DNA of 64,000 nucleotides from Marsupella aquatica. Its lineage: Eukaryota; Plantae; Marchantiophyta. Where the stretch lies: positions 3,038,480 through 3,102,479 of the forward strand of contig OZ316898.1 in assembly GCA_973895155.1 (NCBI GenBank), written 5' to 3'. Below, piece by piece: positions 13,246 through 29,860 of the stretch (positions are counted from its first letter, which is position 1; each line of letters begins with the position of its first letter). A model generated the notes under the pieces. The model made no database searches and had not been told where the DNA came from. It saw only the letters and a program-made list of their open reading frames with translations. Position numbers and translations under genes: made by a program.

Positions 13246-16006
13246 TCAATCTCTTTTCTCGCTTTTCCTGGCAAAATAAAGAGGGTCTACACTGTCCCCA
13301 GGAATCCTATCTGCAACAACATCTCCTTCTAGATCTGCCCTCCTTGCTCGATCTCTGTGCTCATCTCCATAATCACCATCGCCTGTGAATGCGTTCCATT
13401 TACAGCCTTGTAACAGCACCACAACAACTATGAGGGCACACACCAAAAACAATGTCGGACCTCCAAAAAGGAGTTTCTTTGCCAGCTGCAAGAGTGGCGG
13501 GTTGAGCAGAGCCCTGAGCTTCAGTTTGCCATCTAAGTAATCTTGCAGGAATTTCGTGAGCTGAGTCTCAGAATCTAGTCGAACGAAAGCCTCCACATCG
13601 TCACTCTGCAAATAACAAGTTTTCGAGAATTGCCAAATGGTTAAGGTGAGATTAAGACATCTAAACTTTGTATCTTGCTCAGAAATGGAACCAAGACTGA
13701 AAATCCAGCACTCACGATAAGTTCTTTTCCTGAAAGGGTCTTCTATTTGGGACATGGTATTTCATATTGCAACTGCGAACCCTCCGGGATTTTCTTCGCT
13801 GAATCCCATTGAAAAGGTCTAAATCTTCAAACTACTCATATACAATAAGTAACCAATGTTATCCATGACTAAGTACTTGGCAAGTGCGATACATACTCTG
13901 GAAAAATGTGACTCTCCATCCCAGATTACCACTGTGGGCAATACTGAGGCCCTCCCAATGCCAAAAGGTTCAACAAATGCAAGTGCCGTTGCAGTTTCAA
14001 CATAAGCAAACACAAAGGCTCGATTTGCTGGAGCAGCCATCTTCAACTTTTTAATAAAGGAGAGAGAAATACTGTCTGATTTACTCCCCAGGACACCAAT
14101 CGCAATGGGCCTTCCGTCATCTTTCAAGCGCTGGACAATCTCAGGGTTGTCAACCGACGAGACTGAAGGCATAAGGTGTTGCAGAATAAAGTCCCCTATG
14201 TCACTACCTGCACCGGAGTTAAAAAGAGAGATAAGAAGATAAACATCAACAATAGATGCACCATACGCAACCTTCGTGAAAAATAACTAAGTTAGAAAAG
14301 CATGGTAAGTCATAAAATATTAACACCCTGACTAAGATACCACTTCACCTTTCTACACCAGCATTAAACCTATCATAACGTGAGACAACATGCCTGATTC
14401 TGCATTCCTTGCAGATTTCCGATGCGTTCAGAGTTCAGTCTCTTTTTTCAGCTGCATACCTTCGAAAGGGCCATAGAAGATGCTATGCTCTTCAAGCTTC
14501 GGGTGCAAGCCTACCAATGCTGGCTTCTTGTCAAAATCATAGTCCACCATCAGCTTTTCAGAGACATCCTGGATGACGGCAAACCAGGCTCTCCTTTTAT
14601 GCTTCCTGGCCAAATCTTCCACCACAGAGGCCACAGAGGCCTCCAGACCAAAACCCAGAAAGATAGGCGAGTCGTCGCTAACATTCTTCACAAAATCGGT
14701 CAGATCTGATTCTGTTGCAAGATTGGTGACAGGAGGAACTATGGAGCGCTTCACATATGCAACGATGGCCTCTGCGGAGCGGGTACCTTCATATGATGCC
14801 TCTGTAGGATTACCATTGGTATAAAGCCTCAGCGTCGGAAACCCACTGGAGCACAACAGCAGAATCATACAATGATCCCAAGGCCCTTGTATCTCAAATA
14901 GCAAGCTCTCGCACTAATTACGAGGTCTACTGAAAGACGAAACCAAGGTGGAGGACAACACACAACAAACTCTCGATTGAAATTTAAAGTAGGACCAAAA
15001 CGAGCCACAAACCTCATATAAACAAATAAAATTCCATTTTCAAAAAACTATTATTGATGGCCTACTGAAGCACAGTAAATCCTGATCGATGCTAATCTGT
15101 ACATCGGAAAAAAGGAAGAAAAGACGAAGAGAGCTTACTCTATAGCATATTTGTTGGCAACTGCTCTGTACTTGTCAGCGTCAATCTTAGCGAGTTTGAC
15201 GGTGGGGGCATCTTTGGAAAGTATTTGAGAAGCTCTCTCGTACTGTAAAAGAACATTTTTTTTCAAATAAGTAGATGGAAGGACGGTTACAGACTGTGAA
15301 GTCTCATTTACAACCTACAAAATTAGACCTGATCCTCACCCGCTAGCCATCTCGTGGAAATCTTCGGTGCATGAAGCCAGCGCATTAAAAAGAATTCCAA
15401 ATATCCTCAGGATGCGAGATCGTCTTGAATTGAGATCACTGCCAGTTCAACTGGAAGAAACCCGCCAAAACCTCCTCAACGCTTCAGACTCGCGTGATCA
15501 GAAAATCCGACCTTCGAAATCAGCTGATCTGACGAGTCAATGAGAGCTCCAGCTCAAACCAACGTGGCCCACGTCTAAATCGCTCGGATCCGACAAGCCC
15601 TAAATTAATGCTAGGTTAAGATTCTTCTCAATACTCCTTCTAATTGCTCCAAATCACGACTACAGTACCATCCATAAAATGTAGCCTCTTCGCAACCAAA
15701 AATACCTTCATAATCGAGACGGCAACCAGACTTGGGCAAGATATCGAAAACGAGGTCAGGCGGGATCAATACCTCGGGAGCCAGGTGCTTGCAATGGCCA
15801 CACCACGGAGCGAAAAACTCCACCATGAGAACATCATACTTCTCAATCGCTTGCGAGAGAGAATCCGGCGTCAGGTCCAGCACTAAGCTTCTCGGCTGGT
15901 CATCTACACGGCAGAAACAAACGCTGCAAAATTGCACAACTAACAGAAATCCTGACAACAGCAGAAGTCGACGCATCCTCCTCGACCCTCCTTCACAAAA
16001 AGCCAT
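13246..16006 (-). CDS. PDIL5-2: Protein disulfide isomerase-like 5-2 type (one catalytic thioredoxin domain, b/b' domains, C-terminal TM), 5 exons
   Basis: Hydrophobic signal peptide, FFAPWCGHCKHLAPE active site, GFPTL cis-Pro motif, TM segment LFLVCALIVVVVLL and C-terminus EKRD. Exons with GT-AG boundaries and consistent phases: 16006-15773, 15242-15139, 14845-14460, 14207-13897, 13605-13246. Confidence 0.88.
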
Positions 16007-16693
16007 CGCGCTCTCGCACAGCTTCGAATTCCTCTGTTTCGCTGACGATTAGGTCTCCTTTCTACTCCATGGAGCAGTAGTCTCCTCCATCGCTGCACAA
16101 CTTTCGAAGCTCGAAGAACACGATTCCTTCACCTGCTCCGCACCGTCGGCACCTCGTCCGCGCCGTCAGGCCGGCCCGTCGAGTTTCAGATTCGAAACCT
16201 TTGCCGAGACTGTGCGTTTCTCCAATAAAGATCCTGGCCGTTAAAACTCTTGACCAAAGGTCGAGATCCCCACAGGGTGCTCGGTCCGAAATTCGGGACT
16301 GACTGCGGTCACTTCTCCGTCGTTCGACTGAGAACGGGCCACCGTTGGTGTCCTCGATCGCTGGCGTCGGTACAAAGTCAGTGCTCGGCTTTCAATTGAG
16401 TCACACCGTCCGTATGCCGTCAGTGCCGTTGCTTCTTGGATCTCGGCCTTCCGATACCGTTGGTACCGAATCGGAGCCGTAGCCCTTCTCTGGCTTCACA
16501 GGTCATACCGTCCGTTCATTTCTGGTGAGAACTGTACAGTTCGGTGACTGGCTGCCGTTCAATAATTATTGCTTCGCAGTTCGGACCCCGTACCCAGCGT
16601 ACCTAGACAGTTGCGAAATTAATTAAATCTTAGTATAAATTCAGGCTCCAAAACAGTAAACTAAGCAAGAATGGACCTCCACTTTGGGTATGC

Positions 16694-16801
16694 AATACAT
16701 CTCCACTTCACCTAACTTTGCCTAATTTTACACTTTGTCTATGCGCAATGAAATACATCTCCACTTCACCTAACTTTGCCTAAGTTTCCACTTTGTCTAT
16801 G
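16694..16801. repeat. Two-copy direct tandem duplication (~57 bp period)
   Basis: aatacatctccacttcacctaactttgcctaa.ttt.cactttgtctatg occurs twice. Confidence 0.85.
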
Positions 16802-18731
16802 AAGCTTAGATGGACTGGCAAAGCTTGGATGTATCTCCTCAAAACATTTAAACTGACTTAGATAATATTGTTACATTTTTTACTGAAATATGATCTATAA
16901 ATGGTCTTTTTATTAGTGGTAGTTTGTTTCAATTTTATTACCTAACCTTTTTCCTCTGTAACGATAACTTGACGACCTTCAACTTGAAAGACAACAAGAT
17001 TTCATGTCATTACTCAGGATCAACATTATGTCTTGACTACTTTCTCCCCAAGGTAGTCAAAGTTGTCAGATGCAATCTATGACCAGATCCTTTTTCTTTT
17101 TGGTTTAAAAGCAATTATCTCTTTACACAATCCATGGGGATGGGCAGGGACAATGTCTCGCTCATTCAGACTTTTGTTTCCCAAAGCAGACTTCCAGAAA
17201 TATGAGGCTTTTCACTATCGCGGTATTGGTATTCTACGGAAACATTTTCAGACATTGTCTTTATAATTGAGAATTACTTGCCACTCTTTTAGTGCAAAAT
17301 TAGTTCATGGGCATTGTTTTGGTGTATTTATCAAGTTACCATTCTTTTCCAGCATTGGTTAAGTTGATTTATGTACAATTAACCCAACTCATTCGATGAC
17401 CAAGAACACACAATTGGATGGATGGCATTTAGACCTTTAGAGCAATGCTGGCCCAAAATAAGTCCAGCCTCAGATCAACCCCTTCCAACTTGTTTGTCCT
17501 GTTGAGCCGCCTACCCTGGTCGTAGTAGGTCTCAGGACAACCTGAAACTACAGTACATGTTTCCACGAAGAATATAAATGTGTGTACATTAGTCTCCCTT
17601 TGTTTTCCTCAAAGGAATTGTAATTTATAATTTGTGGAAAAAGTGGTTTAAGGTTGGCCAGAGAAATACAGCACCCAAAGAAACCAAACCTTAATAGATT
17701 CATACAAAATAGCACCATTAACAACTATAGTTATTAAAGATCCAATTCCTATAAGTACCAACCCACATTTGAGATACTGACTAAAGGAGCTTTACAAGAA
17801 CTGTCCGGCTGATTATATGGAAGGCCAGATGTAACCCATGTATGGAAGGCATTCCTTGGTTTGCAGACACTATCATTATTAAAAGCCTAGTTTTGCTTCG
17901 TTCTCTATCTTTACATTGAATGGGAGAATTGAGTCATGAGCAGTGATAGTAGGTGTCTTACCCATGACAAAGACTAAAGCAAGCTGGGCCAGAATAAAGA
18001 ATCACCCCTATGGATAGCATAGCCAAGCAAACCCACTTAAAATTGGGACTAAACTATGACCTGCTATCATTTTGGCAAATAAACCTATTCCTCAACACAG
18101 TTGCACTATTTGCTTTGGACTTTCAGTAGTTAGCAAAATCTACTGATTCAAGAAGGTTGGGTGGAGGTCACCCATTGAAGGGAATGCCTGGCAAGGACAA
18201 TCTTTGCTGCAACCCTTTCTCCAAACTTGTTTTGCATGCTCTACTCTCTCTCCATTTAAAAAAGTGGGATCCAGCGGCCAGATGGGCCGCTGGTGCCCAA
18301 GTTTGAGCTCCTACTAGTGCTCCCTCTAGAGTCTTGCTAACCAACTGGACAGCACAGAGTACACTATCATTGGACACCTGGATGGCCATGGTAACACTGG
18401 AAATGGTGTCAACTGGTAAGGGTGTTCTCTGGGTGCTCCATTCCTTATTTGACTTGGGCTGCCAGCAAACTTGCAAATAGCAAGTGGTGCAGCACACAAT
18501 GGGTGGGGATGCTCTAAGCATGGGTATTCAGGTTAGTCTCTATAGTAAAGCAGGAGAATTGAGAGGCTAGGGTAAGGGCCTACAGTGAAGAATGAAACCT
18601 CTAGACTGACTCTGGGGACACAACCATGGTTGGGGGTGAGCTGGAATGGGGCTCATGGTACTCACCATTATTTTTTATGAGCAAAGCCTCAGGCATTTAG
18701 GCTAGTTCCCACCAAGGCCAAAAAGTTGTTC

Positions 18732-18840
18732 CCACAGTGTCTAATTGCAGGGACCCAGGAAGATACCCCAAGCCTGGACTTGTCCACAGTGTCTAATTGC
18801 AGGCTCCCAAGAAGATACCCCAAGCCTCTACTTGTCTACA
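18732..18840. repeat. Two-copy direct tandem duplication (~52 bp period)
   Basis: ccacagtgtctaattgcagg..ccca.gaagataccccaagcct..acttgt occurs twice. Confidence 0.85.
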
Positions 18841-20541
18841 GTAACTTTGCCCTATGTAACAAGTGCAGGTATATCAATTGTGCACTTATTCATATGTACA
18901 CAGTCTGCACCACCAAATCAATGCATGGAAAATTGGTTATGCACTTCCCCATCTGTGTTTTGAGGTTATACACATCAAACTCCTCACTACCCCAACCCTC
19001 ATATTACATGATTCAACTGGTGCATGAGACTATTATATAATTACCTACTGCAAGTATCAGTAAATGCTTCATAAGCATGCGTTGCAGCAACTGATAAATG
19101 CATGTGTAGACATATAGATGGGAAAACACTTATAGTTTAGTGATGGTTTACCTGCACTTATGCAAACTGCATTTTCGGTGCATTACCAAGGAAATCGCTC
19201 TAATAGTAGGGGACTAGATGACCAGCCTGCACTTAACCGCACAATGCACTACCAAAGATTCATACATATAACTTCAAATAGTATATACAACAAATAGCAA
19301 ATTCAGTTTTGGTAATATGATAACTTTTCATGTTTATTGTCGAGGTGTGCATTGAAAAAATTGATATAACTAAGCTCCTTGGTATATATAAAATGCACCT
19401 TAATATGCCTGGGTCTAAAGGGAACCCAAGGGACCAGGGGGTTTGCAGGGATTCTACATTGTGGGTTACCACAACTGTTCGGGATTCATGCAAGTAAGGT
19501 AATGCACTTAGACATTGCTCTCTAAGTGCACACTTCTGGGAGAGAAGCATCTGGTGTGCACTTTACATGGGTTTGCACTAAGTAATAAGTGTAAATGGAG
19601 AATTGCACAATATGATCTACATTGTTGTGACTCCCACCCTAAATTGTACATCCCTCCTCTAAACATGATCTCTTACACCACCAGTCCCATTCTCACTCTA
19701 TCAAAAAATGCCATACACTTATCAGTAAGTGGAACACTATGGAATTGTGAGCTTACCCACGACTGTTAACGTACACTTATTGTGTGTTTGCACTATACAG
19801 TTGCCATTTAGCACAAGTTTTTCAGGTTTGTTGGCATTTTAAAGAGGTGCAAAAAGAATGTCCCAACCATATCAGGTACCCTCAGAGATATCAGGTATCA
19901 GGCAAAGATATCAGTGATTACAAATAGGATTGGAAGTGACTCGGCAAGGTAACCAAGTTGTGGACTTAGAATATTCAAGCCATCTTTTTTGAAGGACTCA
20001 GCAAGGGTCACCAAATGTCGCCCAAAATGACTCGCTGAGTTGTGGATTTAGAGTATTGAAGCCATTATTGTGTGAAGGACTTCGGCAAGAGTCACCGAAG
20101 GAACAGAGCAAGACTGCTGAAGGGATGTATGTCCTCAGCAAGAAAGCTGAGCTCAACTGATTACTAATATGGTTAACAACCTCTACAAAAATGCATTTTA
20201 AAAAGGTGCAAAAATATGGAAGAACGGGATGCCTTGCAGTTATCCAGGTTTTGGACTCATGTAGTGTGCACGGTGGACTGTACTGTACTGTAAGTCGAGT
20301 ACACGGGAAATGTGCACGATGCTGTGAGTAGCGAAGATCCCAAGAGGAGGGGGCGAAAAAATCTATGGCACATTCCTGATTCGATTCGAGGCGAGAGCAT
20401 TTCCACGAGAAGAGAGCACAGCCCAGTATAGAAGTGCTGCTGCATATTCTTACTACTTGATTCAGAAGTGCGCTGCAGATTCTTGCCACTTGATTGCGCT
20501 GCACAGCAGACACAGCCAATGCTCTTCTTGGATTGAATTAA

Positions 20542-23741
<3,200 letters not shown>

Positions 23742-26383
23742 ATCAGCCAACACGCAGGGTGATATAGGTCACGCCTCCAGTCATTCTTCTCTTGATTCGG
23801 AAATTCCCTCTCCAAAGTTTAGCTTTGGCCGAAACAGGAATTGGTGGACTAGTTTATACCTGTGATGTGCAAATAAAGCCATCACATGGCACGGCTGAGG
23901 TAGGATTGACCTAATAAGAAGAGCAATGTTCAGCTGCTGCCACTGTACTGGTAATTTTGATCGGGCTGTGTGGATAAGGTAGAGAACCAAGGTATCTTTG
24001 TTTTCTTTCGACGTTGATTTAATTATGCCATTGCCAAAGAGAATGCCAAAGCAGTCAATTGAAATACCAGGAATGAGTGAAAAGTCGTGTAAAGTCTCGT
24101 GCTTTACGTAACTTCAGCTTCTCTTGGATAGAAGTGGATGTGCCATGAGAGCAGAAATTGGCCAGGGAACACGTGTTGGAGAATTCGTGTTTGAGTTCTT
24201 CAGCCTGTGGAAATAGCAATCAATGTGGAAAACATATTAATGTTTCGAGATCAACTACAACTATACACGTGAACGACTGGGAAAATGGTCGTCCAGAAAG
24301 GTTTTAACAGATTCTCTGGTTCATTTTGCGAATTTTTTGGGCCCCGTCTTGTCCTCATTCACCAGCTCAGGATACCCAAGGAGCAATTATTCCAGACGGG
24401 CTGTCTCTCTTTGTGCCACTAATTTCCTTCCCACTATTTCTATTTGGAAGCGCAGTCCCGCCAAGCCGAAATTCGTAAGGGCTTTCCCCACAGGTCTCTT
24501 TATAGCAGTACTCTATTACAAACTGGACGAGCAGGAGTACATGATGGAGCTCTCGTCGTTGTGAATTGAACGACGAACTGAAGTAGGTGGGAAATCTAGC
24601 GGTCTATGGTAAGGAACGGCACTGCTAGCTCAAGATCACCCAAGCAGGACATCTCGCCAGCCGATGCATAGAAGGAGAGCACAAGCGAACTAACGAACTC
24701 AAGGCAAAGAAGTCATACATGAAGGACCTGCAAACTAGTACGAGGCAGAGAGCTCAAGAAGAAGATGAGCACACAAGGGAGCCCAACAACGAGACCAGCA
24801 ATATAGACGAGCAAAATACATCAAAGAATCAAAGCCAAAAAACAAGACCAGCACTAAACAGCAAGAGAAAGAAACTCTACTAACACGAGCGATACATAGC
24901 CCAACAACAAGACCAGACTACAGAGCAAAGAAGAACTCAACCAAAGGATTCAGACTACACTCCTGGACAGGTGGCCAGTAAACCTGACGAGAAGGATGCC
25001 ACCCAACAGGAGGAAAAGGCCTACGACTAGCTGTTTCGCTCCATTGTCATTGCCACGCATGTCCTCCGAATCACTGTCAGCAAAGCTTCGCGATGTCTAT
25101 CCAATGGGAAGGCTGGTTCTCCAGTGCTTCTATGGGATTTCCTGTTTCTATTAACGCTCAGAGATGGGTACAATTGGCCTTTCCTCGCCTTCGTCGCTAA
25201 CGCACTTATGGATACCATAAGTACAGCAAGCCTGACGGTAATTGCACATCCAAATCAGCAGCATACTCTGTACTATGCTATGTGGCAAGCGTCCACCAGG
25301 CAAGCGTCCACCAGGTTGGATGTATTTTCATGATAAACCCGAGTATTCTTCTATATAAGTATCCGGTAATTGCATTTTGATGTGCAATTACCGGGATGTC
25401 GCAAGCCCGGAGAGACACTCACCGTCTGCTCTCCCTGGATGTGACCGTGATTGTGTCCTTGCTGTAACTGAAATTTCGTGCGGGTCGTGATACACTGTAC
25501 AATATCTCGAGAGCTGCGTTCTGGAGCGGGAACGGGATGCACGGTACAGGTCGGAGTGTGTGGGGCTGCTTCTGGAAATGGTGCTGACGGAATCTTCGCT
25601 GCCAATTTTAGTTGCTGGGTTGTTGAGAGAATTTCATTCCAGTGGTAAAGAGAGACGAGCATCTCTAGGAAGCTCCTGATTCAATTATCAAAACGTTTCA
25701 GAGAGACAGGGCAGCAGGAAAGCACTGCTTCAGACTAGCACTTCAGGTGGGTGTTTTGGTGGCTTTAGAGAAGGGCAGTCGATCAGACATTCGTTGGCTA
25801 ACTTGCTGGATCCCCGCTGTGTTATCTGGTTCGGTTCAATTATTTGGTGAGTTATAGCTTCTCTTTTGGTTTCCTTGGTTGTACCAGGTAGTGAATAGTA
25901 AGAACGGTTTGCCTCTCCTCTCCGACCAGCTCCCTATAATTCCGCGTCGTCAACGATTTCATATACAACCTCCCTCCTCTTTGGCCCCTGGGGTGCTCAT
26001 TGAATCCCTTGGTGTTGCGGTAATACATCGTTGTTGTGTGCTTCTGCACGTCCTCTGCTAAGCTAGTCTGTGTTGATTGACTTCATTGTTGTTGGCCACG
26101 TAAGTTGGTGCAATTCCTTCGTGTTTGTTCTGAACTTGGGCCGAACCTATGTCGACAAACACTTCGTCACAAAGCAATGTAGTGTAGAGTAGTATCACCT
26201 GGATGTTAGATGATGGGCTTTATGGATCGAGAAGGAGCGTTATTGGTTAGTTTTTTTTATTTCAAATAAGCTTGCTGAAGCCTTATAGTTTATCCCTTAA
26301 CGATCTGAGGACTGACAACTTTTAAACATGCATTCATCGATTCATTGCAATCATTTCCCTGAGTTGTGTGACATTTGCTCAGA

Positions 26384-27902
26384 ATGGCAGGAGGTGGCTC
26401 TTACCCGGATCAACAGGGCAGCAGCCCATGCCCGTATGGTCAGGCCGCGGGACCGCCTGAATACAGCAACCATGCACCACCGCCGGCCGAACCAGCGGGT
26501 GAGCTTGTTCAGGTTTACACGGAAGCCAATCCTAACTATCGGCTCACAGCTAAGCAGGATGGGGCCGTGCTTGCCTTCAAGAATTCGCGGGATGTGTCCC
26601 AGGTACTGTACTTTTATAGAAACCCTTCACCTTGGTCTTCTGTAGATTCATGCCAAGTTCTTGATTCTTGATTCTTGATTCTTGATTCTACCTCAATTCT
26701 CAGCTCAAAGCTACATTTTGCAGCTCCAGAGTTCTAAAGTTTCCAGCCTTTAGACGTAGGCCTGCAAGCTCTCTTTTACTTCATTCACGTAGCATGGAAC
26801 GAACGCATATGTTTGGGCTGATTCCCTCCGGCCGCTCGGAGGAAGGATTCACTGAAATGGACCTCTCGATCTTTCGATCCGAGTTCTGAATTCCATGAGG
26901 TGATGGCATCTCCGTGCCAGTGAAGTTAAAGAGACTTTCACCTGGGCTTTCCAATATACATCCGGAGCTGATGTCCTTGCTTGCTTTTAGTAGACTCTCG
27001 GAAAACGCTGTTGCTAGAAATTGGATCAGATCCTGTAGCGGATTCGTTTTGCTGGCTTCATAGTATTCTGCTTAATTTGTAAAATTCTGGTGCGAGAAAT
27101 TGAACGCATGTAGTGCCCGTCTCTCAGCGCCTGTTCTCTCGATATTTGTTTGCCGCGGTGACCAAGAAAGGTAAACAGTAAGCCGCTTAGGATTTATCTA
27201 ACTCCTGGTGGTGGTCATGGTTTGGAACTATATTGACCTTGTTGAAAACTTTTTGAAATTGTTTTACCAGCAATGGATCAAAGTCGACGTAGGACCAGGA
27301 CACGGTGAGTTCATCGACAGGCAAGGGCAACCTGGATTCATCCTTGTGAACAAAGCCACTGGACTGCCACTGAGTCATGGACACCAAGCCAATGATTTTG
27401 TAAGTGGGAGTGTTTCCTTCTGTTTTTTCATGGACATTATTCTTTTCAAGTCCTCACTCGTCATCATTCCGAAGCTTGATCTAGAACTCTAGGTGAATAG
27501 CGACAATTTCTTATTCAAGTATTCCTTTTCGTTGAGGCTCAACAACAAATTCGCAGGCCAACTATTGACCTCGAAGATATGTTTTGTTCCCTCACCCTAA
27601 CGCTCTCAAGCTCAGGGAAACTTTGGGAGCTATGGAAACTGAAGCCATTTGCGCAGGTGACAATACACAAACAAGTCTTTGGAGCGAACAGCCCCGTAGA
27701 AGGTTCGATCATTTGGACTCTTGGAAGAAAAGATGAAGGACATGGGTTCAGAGGCATGCGGGCAGTCACCAATATTTCCCTGAATTTAGATGCCCATCAT
27801 GCGGATAAAGCGCACGGTGGTGTTCGGGACGGCAATCGCCTTCTCCTCAGTGCCTGGAACGAGAATAAGGAAAACCTGAAGTGGAAGGTTGAGCCTTTCT
27901 AG
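26384..27902 (+). CDS. Euonymus-lectin (EUL) / ricin B-like lectin, EULS3-like, 3 coding exons, ~197 aa
   Basis: Pro/Gly/Tyr-rich N-terminus; QQWIK across the exon 1/2 junction, GFILVNKATG, IWT..KDEGHGFRGMRAVTNISLNLDAHHADKAHGGVRDG..W. Exons 26384-26602, 27271-27399, 27657-27902. An AG just before the ATG suggests a 5' UTR intron. Confidence 0.88.
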
Positions 27903-29860
27903 TCTCTGTCCTAGCTACTCCGGTTATGAACGTAAGTAGAGAACTTCCTTGCCGTGTCAGTTCATGTTGGACGCACAAGTAGTTCATAGCTGGAATCGTT
28001 AATATTTTTCTCTCTAATGCAGTAGATGCTGGATTACCTTCTGCATTCTGTTGCAACGGGTCCTCGTCTGACTTGAGTCACCAATCTGAATGATAAAGTG
28101 GTATCTTTGTGTATATCATTAGATTTCAGGGGAACGTAACAGTGCTTCTAATTCTGGTTGGAGACTTTCCATTGCCGAAATGTACAATAATCTGAAACCA
28201 CTGCTTTTTATGTGCAGATTTTTCCTTCGAACTGTAAAAACACCCAAAGAATCTGCATCTCGAGGATGCGGTGGTGGCACTCGTGGTGGCTGGCCATGAA
28301 CTCGGAAGCAGAGCTAGCGGAAATATAGAATAAAAGCATTGCTGCGTGCTTCCTGAATTTTGGGTCATTGCGGATGTAGTTGTGGTAGATTCCAAGTCTT
28401 AACTGGGCTTGTGAGCAATTGCTTCTGGTTAGGGAAATCTCTTCCTGTTGACGCTGAGTGGGGCAGTGAATGGTTGAGAATGTAGTAGGTCTCCCATTTC
28501 CTATACTAGATCATACTCGTCTCTTGACAATGAGACCGGATTATTTGTAAATTCTGCTTTGAAGTAAGTAAGATGTTGTGTCTCTCACTGGTACATTCTC
28601 AACTATTCCGAAAACATTATAAACGTAATTCAAGCCTTCTGTTTTTCAAGAGCTTTTGACGAAAACAGTGAGTTTGAAGGAAATAGTGATACTGATAAGA
28701 AATTGAAATTGTTCTCATCTAGCAATTGTTTCTAGGGGTGTGAATTTCGCGCTTTGAGGTCTGAGGACAAGTCTTGGTTCTGGGCCTCATCTCGCATTTG
28801 TCTCTAGGGGTGCCTCCCAGCTTGAAGCCCCAACAATTCAACCTGTTCATCTCATCAACTGAGAGTTCGTAAGATGAAAAATTCCCTATTTTCTTCTTTC
28901 CAATTGACTGCTTCCCAGGTTCCTTAAGAAACTGGTAACTGCTGCTTGTCACTCACTCATATATCTTGAACGAACAATTAGAGTTCCAGTGAAATGTGTC
29001 AGGTCTGGTTGCAGCGCCGGTCCTTGTTGCAGACAAAAGCTAAACCAAGGGACGGAGTCCAGCAACGCAACCAGACCTAACACATAATACCCCAGCAAGA
29101 CGCCCACTCTATCTTGCCCTGGAGGGCTACATTTTAAACATTTCTAGAACCCGGAGCACACTCCAGCACTGCCAAAAAACCCGGCTCTTTGGAAAAGCAT
29201 GATTTACATTATCCTTCTCATAGAACAATCCCAGTGCCTCCTGAAAGTGAAAAACAACTACTAGAGAACTTTTGCTTTCAGTAATTACAGGTAATATAGG
29301 CGAACATTCAATTCCGCTGAAGAAAAGAAACTGAAGGGCCAAAGCGTCTAACAAAACGAGTCTTTCACACTTTTACTGTAAACCCTCCCTAACAACATCA
29401 AGGGGCTGCCAAGTTAACATTAAAAACAGATATCGCATCGATAGAAACCTGCTAGCGGCCCTTGCTTGCCAGCATGAATATGGGCACATCACCGAGTAGG
29501 GTTTTGCTGATGTAAGACTAGTGTAATTACCGACTGTAAATTCCATATCCTGTCGCTAAATTCCTGTCTCTAGGTGAATATGGAAAATGAAGTCCAGAAG
29601 AGCAGCGTCAAGATTCATTGATGAGTAAGCGATTATAGCAGAGTTGATGCAATTTACAATAGCCAAAAATTTCAGAGATTTTAGAAACAATCGTTCTCAA
29701 CTGATATTTGTTGCGTTATAATTTCTATGAGAACTGCATCACAACCAATATACAGCAAGAACTAAAACTACCTTGAAGAGGAGGCGCTGGAAAGCCTAAC
29801 CAGACATCCTACTGTGAGAAAGTTCTAAGAAACTTCTGAAATATTCCGCATAGTGACAGA

